DNA of 61,838 nucleotides, the filler included, from Dimorphilus gyrociliatus (Eukaryota > Animalia > Annelida): NCBI GenBank assembly GCA_904063045.1. It is 4 parts of 4 records of this genome, joined end to end, with 100 filler letters (N's around TTAATTAATTAA, not from the genome) between each part and the next. Parts side by side here need not be neighbours in the genome. Positions count along the whole stretch, not along the records: positions 14,820 to 34,904 come from CAJFCJ010000191.1; positions 35,005 to 53,154 come from CAJFCJ010000068.1; 2 more parts are not named here. One strand, given 5' to 3'. Shown here in pieces: positions 25,509 through 35,338 of this stretch. The position numbers and the translations under genes were made by a program. The notes under the pieces are model-generated. The model was not told where the DNA came from and did no database searches. It saw nothing but the letters and a program-made list of their open reading frames with translations. Numbering within the stretch: position 1 is the stretch's first letter; the number at the start of each line of letters is the position of its first letter.

Positions 25509-28384
25509 TCTAATAGCATTTTTATAAATTGACCATTGCTTTGGTGACCAAATTCTATCCATCATCCAATTCCTTTCAAAGTACTTTATTAGATCACCTA
25601 GTTTTTTTACTGATTGAAGGTAATCCTTAATTCTTCCAAATTCTATTGGAATTATGTGAAATGGAAGAAATGGTAATGCCATAAGCTGCCTCATTTCAAA
25701 CCACTGTCCTCTTTTTTTTTAAAAGTCTGATGAATATCCAAGTTCCTATTAAAACAAAAAATGTAGAGTAAATCATCTTATATAAAAATAGCCTCATTTT
25801 CACCTGAATTTTTCTGTAAACAGCTTGATTCCAATGGAATAAACAGCCTGTTAGTGTAACACTTTCCCAATTGTCTAATGCAGCTTTCCATACTGCTCTT
25901 TCATAGTCCAGAACAATTTTCTTTGGTGTTTTGTATTCCAAAAGTTCATTTAGTGTCTGTTAATAAAATGTTATTTACTTTGAAAAAATTGTATTTTTAT
26001 AAATACCCTTACCCTAAACAAAATATTGTATGCTTTTTTCTTCTTTGATGTCATAAAAGCAAAGAGTAGAGGAACTTGTTTTAATGCTCCCTCTTTCTTC
26101 AAAAATGAATGAATAGAAAACAGCTGTTTGAAAGGTTGTTTTACAATGCTAAAAGTTCCATCCACATACCAAATTTTTGAAACTGAAAGCAGATTGAGTT
26201 GCTTCAATGTGGAGAAAATAATGATTCTTTCACCATTTTCAAAAATATCTTTTCTTAAAAAATCATCTGGTATGAAAGTATTATTTAAAAGAAAATTTCT
26301 TCCAATAGGTTCAGTAGGCTGAGTTTTTCTTCTATGGTAATTAATCATTTCTTTACAAGTATCTACCTTCAAGATATTGCCCATATTTGCATATGGGAGT
26401 ATAGCATTTTCAGCTAATCTTTTTCCACTTTGTTTTGCTGTCAGTTTAATTTCAATGTTTTGCTCTAAGTTTTTTTTAGGTGGATGAATGTGTGATTTAG
26501 AACCTAAGTGAAAATTGCTACCTCTTTGAATTATACTGGCAGGGCATCTGATTTTCTTGTTCCTGACACTACATATCCAAATAGTACTACTTTTGTACTG
26601 TCCTTTTATAGTAAAAGAATTATTATTGTGTACAAGCAACTTTTTTTCTCTTTGACTTCCATTTTCAAATACTTTGAAATGACCATCTGCCTCATCAATC
26701 TCCTCTGGTAAACTTTCAAAGGAATCCTCAACATCTTCAACAGTTGGTATTCTCTCATCATCCAAAGTTGCCTCCATAGTTGATGCAGCACAGTTGATTT
26801 CATCTGTGTTCATGTCTTTTAAAGGTAGCTCATTTGCTTCAATAGCATCTGCTGAGAAATGAGAAACAACTTGTTCATGATCAACATCCATAGAAGTAAC
26901 CGTAATGTTTGCTAATGTCTTATCTTTCTCTACAGCATTTTTTATTGGCTCTTTAATATTTCCCTCAATAGTAGATTCTTTAGTTGCATCTTTGATTGTA
27001 CAACTATTATCACACCTTCTCAAAACAATTTTCAAACTTCTGATTTGAATAGATGAGCAAATGGAGCATAATCCATCTAACAAAATTAAACATAAACATT
27101 AAGATTTAAATATGAAAAATCTAACCTGATAAGCATGTCCAATGAAGTTTGTGAGAACAATGAGAACATGTTCCTTGTTTTAGTTTATTAATTTTTTTTC
27201 TACATTCAAAGCAGAATTTTGCCATGTTGATAAATTTCTTTCAAATACCTGTTATGTCAAAGATCATGAGAATTAAAAAAAAATTGTAAGATATATACAT
27301 GATTTTAAAGAGACTAATATTTTTATCAAAACAATTGTTACTTTTGAAGGATTACAATGCAGAAAATCACTTAATTCGAATAGCTAACAATTCAATTTTC
27401 ACAACAAATCAAGTGGTAAAACATTACTCTACAAAAAAAACTGGTAAAACAATTTCTTTCATTATCACTCAGAGATTACAAATAATAAATACAAACTACT
27501 TCATAAATTATTTTCATATATTTTGCATTTTATTAAGCATACTGTAAACTTCTAGTACACTTCTGGGCGACTTCTGTCATAGTCCTGGGTGACTTCTATC
27601 ACACTTCTGGGCGACTTCTGTCACAGCTCTGGGCGACTTCTATCAATGTCTGGGCGACTTCTGTCCTGGGCGACTTCTGCCCTGGGCGACTTCTGTCGTA
27701 TTCGAATTTGCAAACACTGGTGGCTGTAAATTATATAATTTATCTGTCTTGGACTTATCCATTTCAATCCCCTTTTCTGATACAATGTGTCCCAAAAATT
27801 GAACTTGTTCTTTCAAAAACACACATTTACTTTGTTTAATCTTAAAATTGTACTTTTGAATCTGTTGAAGAATGGTCTCCAATGCTTCCCAATGTTGGTC
27901 CAGTGACTTGGTAAATATTATTATGTCATCAAGTTAAGGCACAAATGCTTTACATCCTTTAGCACAAATGAATTCATTACATAACTAAAATGAGGAGGGA
28001 CATTAGTTAATCCAAAAGGCATCTTAATAAATTCAAACAAGCCAAAAGGTGTAATAAATGCTGTTTTAGACCTATCTCCTTTCTTGATGTTAATGTGGTG
28101 GTATGCACTTGTCAAATCCATTGTAGAAAAGAATTTATTTCCTCCTCCCAAATGGTCAAAAAGATCATCTTGATTTGGCAGTGGATACTTGTTTTTAACT
28201 GTCATTTTGTTTAATTTTCTATAATCTACACACATTCATAGACTACCTTCTTTCTTTCTAACGAAAACAATTGGTGAAGCCCAAGACCAAAAAAAAACAA
28301 TTATTGTGGGAAAAAACATTTTGGACCATTATTTTAAACTTGGCCTATCAAAATTTATGGTGTACCATAATTTCTGCAGACTAC

Positions 28385-28680
28385 TGTATACCAATAGTTG
28401 GATTTTGATAATAAGTTCAACTGGTAGTTTGTTGGAAAGATTGAAATTCTTTCTCCATTTTCACAAATTCTGAAGAAAATCATCAGGTAAAAAGAGTTGT
28501 GTTCAAATTGAAATTATACACTTTCAGTTCAACTGGCCTAAATTTTTGTCTATTTGAGTTTGCCATTCTTTGTGAGTAATTGATATCAGGAAGACATTTA
28601 TCATTAGGTTCATATGATAAAAGAACTTTTTTGAGTAGGGGTGAGAATATACCCAAGGCAGGTGTGAACATACCCAGCTA
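28385..28680 (-). mobile_element. MULE-1-related transposase fragment next to degenerate TIR units
   Basis: LLSYEPN..CLPDINY..RMANSNRQKFRPVE.KVYNFNL nearly repeats the 23.9-24.2 kb translation; GGTGTGAACATACC units at 28637-28677. Confidence 0.75.
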
Positions 28681-28805
28681 TATTTGCATCCTTTTTTTGT
28701 CTTAAAATAGTTTGGTTAATTATATATACGTATATATATAGTGATTTGAAAAAGTAAAAATATTTCATCAATGTGAATTATTATTTAAAAAACTAATAAT
28801 CGTCC

Positions 28806-29120
28806 AAGGGTACAGTAAGCCTTTCAGAGATCTGGTGGTGATCTACCAAACAACCACTCAGCTCACTTGAAAAAGGGACAATTGGTTCCGAAATATTGTG
28901 ATTAATTTTAATAGGAGGTTCTCTTCACCCTTGTTGAGAATTTGTATCTGGTGTATATTGGAGACAGAGTAATAGTTTAGGCTAGGAAGAGCTACTCTAG
29001 ATAGCAATTCCTAAACAGCCACACCAACCTTTAGCCTAACAAGGTTAAAAGTGAGTGCAATTAGGGGATTGCCAATCTGTACTGATTGTGCTAATCCCTA
29101 ACCCCAAGACCTAACCCTAA
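28806..29120. repeat. Dispersed repeat ending in degenerate CCCTAA units, copy 1 (other copies ~40135-40287 and ~45405-45786)
   Basis: Shared CTGTACTGATTGTGCTAATCCCTAACCCCAAGACCTAACCCT end and shared upstream blocks in the three copies. Confidence 0.85.
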
Positions 29121-30159
29121 GAATTACTTGGAGAGTAATTAATACATAATTGTTGAAATGACAAAAGTTAATGATGCCAACATTTCTCCAATCTACTGTT
29201 TAATGTACAAGAATTACCATTATCTATATCAACAACATCAACTTTAAAAAACCAGGGTTACATTTATTCATTGCAGTAATACGCCATTCTGCTCAGTATT
29301 ACTAATATTTTTGGCAGGGATATCTTAGTATTTATATTCTGAAAAACATTGATTACAATAAATTATGATTAAAGATTATTGCTCAGCATATTTATACAAT
29401 TTATTGTCATTTAGAAGAAGATTTGAGCACACCTGTAAAATGCTCTTCTTGCCAAAGATAATATTTCATAATCAAATACTGTATAGTTAATAAAAAATTC
29501 GAATATAGAAATATACAAATAAATATTGTACTGCTCTTGCTGGCAAAATCTATGCGTTTGCAAGTTATAACAATACTGGTTCTACTCGAACCTTTAAACA
29601 AATGTTTAAATTAAAATGGTTTATTCGCAATAATAATACTTAAGCAAGTAACAATATGAGAGTTCAATAGCAGAGTAGATAGTTTGTAATAGCAGGTTGC
29701 CAAATTACCAAACTGTCTTCCAATGTTGAGGAGTAGATGGATGGTTCCAGTGGAGGTTGTTTCCAGATGATTTTCCCAGGTCCTTGGGTCCAGATGGAAG
29801 CTGCATGCCAAATGAGAATAATGAGGATTTATATACTTTGAGGTTTGTCTCTGACATCCAATCATCACTTTACAGTTGCCAAATGTGTAGTTCATATTTA
29901 TCTTTAGTAACAGGATGTTACAAGGTTCAACATTTAGGAAGGTTAATTGAATTATAACTTGGCCACACCTAGGCAAGTTAATTAAATTATAACTTGGCCA
30001 AACCTTTATTGGTAATTAAAGATGAGCCTTCAAGCTGACTAATCAGACTTATGTTTGGCCAATGTTATAGCATTTTCTTGCGTAGGTTTTAAGATGTACA
30101 TGTATATGTTGCATAAAATAATAGAGTTCAAGCATGTAAAATATAACCAAAGTTGTACA

Positions 30160-30173
30160 ACTTCCCCCTTCTT
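30160..30173 (-). promoter_or_regulatory. Polypurine tract AAGAAGGGGGAAGT abutting the 3' LTR
   Basis: Read directly upstream of TGTACAAC on the minus strand. Confidence 0.9.
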
Positions 30174-30272
30174 TGTGAAGATGAGTCCCTTCATCTTGAT
30201 TTAATGAGAATTACAGGTGGTTGTTCTTCTTCATTAGTTTGATGTTGACTAAAGCTACAACTTTGTTTCATT

Positions 30273-32590
30273 AGTTTTGGGTTTCAGGAGAGTTATCTGT
30301 GCTCTCACTTGGGGTAGCAATTTCTTCTCTTTGTTTTCTTCTTCCAATAATATAGTTGAAAATGATGATACATACCATTGACACTACAATATCTCAAACA
30401 AATATTTCGTATGATAACTAAAGTGTTTTCCCAGGTTTATAGTACCAACTATGGAAAAACTTTTTAATTCCAGATAAATTGGGTACAATGCCATTTTTCT
30501 CTGCAACAGTGACCATGTTATCATACCTTGCCTGCTTCTGTTCCAGTGAACTGATAACTTGCTTAATTTTTGAGTGCTGGTATGCAATATCCTTCTTTAC
30601 CCATGGTGGAGTAGATCAGCTAATCTGGCAATTTCAATTTTTGGTTCAGAAAGGTGATTGTGGATATGTAACTGCATGGATTTTGCAGACACAGTGTGAA
30701 ATCTGCATCCTCTTTCTGAATAATACACATACGTTTTGTCTTTCATTGGTTGGTTTCTTATAGGATTTAATGGGTTGTGAGTTGTTTTGTAGAATAACTT
30801 GTTAGACTTACACTCATTATAGGTAATCTCTTCAGGATTGACTTGCTGTAAAACATGAGTAACTGGTTCTACTTGGAAAAGCAGGTTGTTCATGGTGACA
30901 AGTAAAAATTGAGAACATTTGTTATTCTTTTTTATCATGCTTAAGTCACAAACTACTTCTGTTGAGGCTATTGGTGAACATTGTTTAATTATAGCTAATT
31001 CTCCCATCTGACTACTGTGCATTCCCAACTCATTTGTTAACACTGTGGTCAATTGAGGATCCAAATTTGCTAGTAATGCCATCATTCTGCTTCTTTGAAC
31101 AAATTGATTGCAGAGAAGACTTGACAGCTGTTGGGTAAACTTTTTTAAATTCTTAAAATTTGAATCAATACCATGTAGTAAGGTAGATGTTTGGGCAGCT
31201 TCTCTCATTTCCAATGGGAATTTGTGGTATGGGTTTTTACTTATCTTATGTTTCAGTTTTGCTTCCTTCTTCATCTGCTTTTTAGCCATTCTCATGTGTA
31301 GAGTAAAATAAATTCCTTCATAGGTAATCTTAAATTCTCTGGCTGGTGGTCCTTTATACCATATGCCCAATGTTGGTAATACCTTCTTTTTGATTCTTTT
31401 CTCACTGTATACATATTTTGAAATCGTGACAGATTGTCTTGTTGCCCTTGTCCAATTGACTGCTTGCAGCATTTCTTGGATATAATAGTTATCCAGCTCC
31501 CAGTAAGCTGGACTAATGGGTTGTTGTAGATGATATATCACAACTTCCTTGAGTGTGCCTTTATTTCTCATTAGTTTATACTTTGTGTTTGTTTCTCTGT
31601 ACCATTGGTTAAGACTTGGTAAGGGGTTGTTTCGCTTGTATAGTATAATTTGTTCTTTAACTTTATTGGGATAGTTTAATAGTCGTTTTTCTTCATTTTT
31701 GCCAATCTTCTGATATTGTAGCAAATTGTATAGGTGTTCCTTGCTTGTTTCCTGTATTAAACTCTGTTCCTCCAGTGGTACTAGTACTTTTGTTCCAGGA
31801 CCACCAATTCCATCAATAAACTTATCTTGATAAGGGATGTCCAGAATAGAATACCCTGGACAAGAATAGTGACCAGCAAATTTGATACAACTAATTCTGT
31901 TGCTAATTTTTATCCATGGTGATTGTTGCCCAAGTGTGTAATTATTCTTGAGGTTCTAAAGACAATAATTGCCTCTTCTGTCTCACAATAGGACTGCCCT
32001 GGTAAACAATCTTCCAGGTAGTCCAGATTAGTTGTAATTTTCATATTAGGAGGTTGCCAATATGCTTTGCCAAACTGGATAATTGTGGTGTATTCCAGCA
32101 CCTTGGTTGTTGTTGGCCATGTGTAGGCAGCAGGAAACTGATCTTGGTGGATCCAAGTGTTTCTTTTCACCATTAAAGGTTTTCCTTGAAAGATCGTTTG
32201 TCTTTTATCATCTGTCTGCATTGATCATGAGTTACTTTGATAACTGAGTTAACAATCCTCTCTTCTTTGCTCCAAAGAAATAGTAAGTGTAAAAATTAGT
32301 TCTTAGATACACTTGACATTTTACTGCTCTTGTTTTCAATTTCTTCCAAGTTCAATTCATAGATATCAGCTGTAATTGTCTTGGTTTCTGTGATTCTATA
32401 TTACAAGTTGGCTCATCTGCTAGATCAAATGCCTGGCTTGGTAGTTGGTTAGAACAAAAGTATAACGGTGGTTTAAATGTTAAGGTAATGTTTGCACTTG
32501 TAACATGGGCACCTTGGTAGGATGGTTTGGGACTGTTATTGAGTGGATGCAGCCACAGATCACATTACAGTCATCACTAGTGAAGCCAAA
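30273..32590 (-). pseudogene. env-like class III fusion glycoprotein (herpesvirus gB / chuvirus G type), frameshifted
   Basis: Hydrophobic leader, YFCS..FDL..P.C, LC....R...LANLDP......GE..IIKQCSPI....V..D..M....C, and a TM helix (IVVSMVCIIIFNYII) followed by GRRKQR; about 770 codons across frames. Confidence 0.7.
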
Positions 32591-33254
32591 CATCTGTTTC
32601 ATGTTAGCTCTTCCTGTGTTGGCTATAGTTGAATGGTTGAAAATTTTGTGTTGTTGTTCCACTCTGATAGTTATTCCATCTTCTAACTCTATATATTGTG
32701 GTTCACTTCTTGTTGGGAATCTAATTGTTCAGAGATGATTTTTAGTCTCATCTAAAAATATGACTGACTATTGTCTGTGTCACTTGTATTTTCTTTCTCA
32801 TCTTGGGATGAATCTACCACTATGAGGGACTCATTATTGAATGGGTTATGTCAATAATTTCACCTTCAATAATTATTGACTCATTATCAGAATGGGTTAT
32901 ATCAATAATTTCACTTTCAATAATTATTGACTCATCGTCTGAACTAGATATTTCATCTTCTCTATCAGAGATAATGTTTGCCTCTGAATCTGTATTTTGA
33001 TCCAGTTCATTATTTGTTTCTGTGTCATCACTTTCAGATGAGCTTGAAGGTTCATTGAGACTGTATTACTGTCTGTTTTGAAAGTATTGCTTGTGTCATA
33101 ACCAGTATCAGAATTAGTAACTTCCATCTCTGAGTCATCACTATCTGAACTTTCTGATGAAGAGTCATGCTGTCCATCATGGCTATAGTGACTTTGTTTA
33201 GTTGAGGTTGCCTTATTCTTTCAGCCAGGTTCCCTTTCCTTCTATCAATTTGAG

Positions 33255-33560
33255 AGAACACTGTTTAGCTTCAAAATTGAGGTTTGCTCCACAGTTTGTA
33301 GGAGATCACAACCAAGTATTATTGCTATGTCTAGATTTTCCATAACTATAATTCTTGTTCCATACTTTCTCCAGCAAATTGGATATTCAGCTTTAGCTTC
33401 CTTTTTGCTTTAAAGCTTTCCCATCAGCTGAAGTTATAATTGGTAAGCCAATTGTTTCTTTATCCATAATTGTAACATCCATTAATTGATTTCTTTTTCA
33501 GTAATAAAGGATCTCAATGTCTGTGTCACACAAGGCAATGACTTCTTGGCCTTTTTGATT
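33255..33560 (-). pseudogene. Retropepsin-like aspartic protease domain downstream of integrase
   Basis: Across small frameshifts: VIALCDT..(R)SFITE, IITSADGKALKQKG, KLNIQFAG, IVMENLDIAIILGCDLL, CGANLNFEAK. Confidence 0.7.
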
Positions 33561-33699
33561 CTTCAAACGGAATTGGAAGTCATTTCTTCCTTCTACCTGA
33601 GAAGATATTGGAGGTGTGTTATTTCTTCTCCACAAGGTGAAAGATTGTTGTTGCTTCTTTCCTGTTTCCAACTTATTAGATTCATTGGCTAGTCTTAAT

Positions 33700-34904
33700 C
33701 TGCTACCATGTACCAACTTGCATGTATTATCATCCATTTGTATTTCATATATCCACTTTTGATGATTGACTTTTGTTATTCGGTATGGGCCTAACCATTT
33801 TAAAGAAGGGATTTTTGTTATTGCAATTCTTGCAGCATCATTTCTTAAGAATACTTCATCATCAACCTCAAAATATTTTGGAAGATTGAGATTTCTATTC
33901 TTTCTTTCCCTATATTGTTCTTTTGCCATGATGGATTTACAGAAGGCTGTAGCTCTTAACTGTACTAATTGCTGCTGGTGATTGAATACAAATAGTACAT
34001 TTGTTTCAGGAGAGGTAGTATGCATTGTTACATCAATCAGTGTTCTTGTGCTGGTGCCAAAAAGAAGTTCCTGGGGTGGTAGTCTTGTACTTCCTACAGG
34101 TGATTGATTCAAAAATGCTTGAATCAAGGGTAGGTTTGCAACCAGTTATGCTGATTTTCTTCCACCACTAATTTATTGATTTCCTTCCTCACTTCTCTAT
34201 TTCTTCGTTCAACTAGTCCATTGCTCTGGCTTCTATAAGCTGTTGTTTGGATTTTCTCAATACCTAATACCTTCATAAACTCTTTAAAAGCTTTACCAAC
34301 AAAGTTTCTTCCTTGATCTGTCAACATTTGTTTTGGAATTCCAAAAATGGGAAAAAATCTGTTGAAAAGAAGGTTTGCAATTTCTTTACTGGTTTGCTGT
34401 TTGAGTGCATATAAAACTGTGTATCTACTGAAATGATCCACTATCACAAGTATGAATCTGTATGACTTAACCATGGGTAAGGGTCCTTATATCCATGGCT
34501 ACCAACTCCTTGGTGATGCAGGGTGAAAGGTTTCTACCAAAGGGTATACTCTACTCCTACATTCATTTGTTCACACAAAGTGCAATCCTTTATTGAATTC
34601 TCATCATAATCTTTAATTTTGGGTGCCAAAAGGTCTTTGTAATTATTTGTAATGTCATTCTGGGTCCATGGTGATTGTGAATTTTATTTTTATGGAATTT
34701 AGGGAGCAGAGTTAGCATCAAATGGTCAGGTAAAACCAGAATGTTTCTTTCTTCAAGGATAATCCAGATCATTTCCTTGTGAACAAACTTCCATTATGAA
34801 AGGTGTAAAAGTTCCAAAATAAGGAATAGGTAGCTGACCATCCAATGTTAAATATTCTTTAATTGATTTTAATTCACATCTTTTTCTTGCTCTGACTGTA
34901 AGTC
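33700..34904 (-). pseudogene. Ty3/gypsy integrase (HHCC + DDE core)
   Basis: FH...HNHHG..T...FWHP, CTLC, MDI.GPLP..FILVIVDHFSRY, TDQGRNF, TTAYRSQSNGLVERRNR, KWLGPYRI. Confidence 0.92.
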
Positions 34905-35004
34905 NNNNNNNNNNNNNNNNNNNNNNNNNNNNNNNNNNNNNNNNNNNNTTAATTAATTAANNNNNNNNNNNNNNNNNNNNNNNNNNNNNNNNNNNNNNNN
35001 NNNN
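34905..35004. other. Artificial contig spacer
   Basis: 44 N + TTAATTAATTAA + 44 N. Confidence 0.97.
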
Positions 35005-35338
35005 TATTTCTGATAGTTCATTTAGAGATGTTCCATCAAGAATATTTCACAATCAGCCTCCAAATACAAAATTGCTTAAAGGGAATTATGATCAACATTA
35101 GTCAATTAAACTATGAAGACATTTTGCCCATTTTAACAAACTGGAATATGCAATATGAATATATCTTTGTAATGCAAACTTAAATTCCTAACAAACAAGC
35201 TTATGGAGTAGCTCATTTTTAAAAGACAATTTGGAACTTGTAAGAATGTTATAATAGCCATTCCATTTGGCACTAAACTGATTTCATCAAGCAAAGATAT
35301 TCAAACTGGCAACTAGGAACCAAGCTACTGTTCTAGAC

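Larger units (their letters stand above)
22512..27225 (-). pseudogene. MULE-2 transposase (PHD + FLYWCH + MULE DDE), disrupted; exons 27225-27126, 27076-26013, 25956-25804, 25745-25509 then 22799-22512
   Basis: WYVDGTF, DYE..W.A, GCLFHWNQA, LMALPFLP, and AIR/TNNDVEGFH rejoined across the MULE-1 insertion; in-frame TAA near 25720. Confidence 0.85.
21780..27703 (-). mobile_element. MULE-2 (Mutator-like DNA transposon), interrupted by MULE-1
   Basis: 9-bp TSD GAATTTGCA at 21771-21779 and 27704-27712; inverted terminal arrays of AGAAGTCGCCCAG (21788-21920) and CTGGGCGACTTCT (27562-27696). Confidence 0.93.
21521..28290 (-). pseudogene. Decayed Ty3/gypsy reverse transcriptase, split by MULE-2 (pieces ~28290-27704 and 21779-21521)
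   Basis: WASPIV..KK.GS..MCVDYRKLN, KYPLP, DL.SAYH, KTAF.TP.GLFEF..MPFGL, *LDD, KC.F....V.FLGH, GYYRKFI; stops and frameshifts. Confidence 0.9.
29527..34904 (-). mobile_element. 3' half of an env-bearing Ty3/gypsy element (IN - PR-like - acidic linker - env - PPT - 3' LTR A), running into the gap
   Basis: 3' LTR A at 29527-30159, PPT, env-like and integrase coding all on the minus strand; many frameshifts. Confidence 0.9.

Noticed and set aside
16952-27696. CRISPR-like arrays (short repeats with variable spacers at 16952, 21788, 22806, 25418, 27562)
   Set aside because: Units are 13-16 bp with 0-9 nt spacers, occur as inverted pairs bounded by 9-bp TSDs, and no cas genes are present; they are MULE TIR arrays
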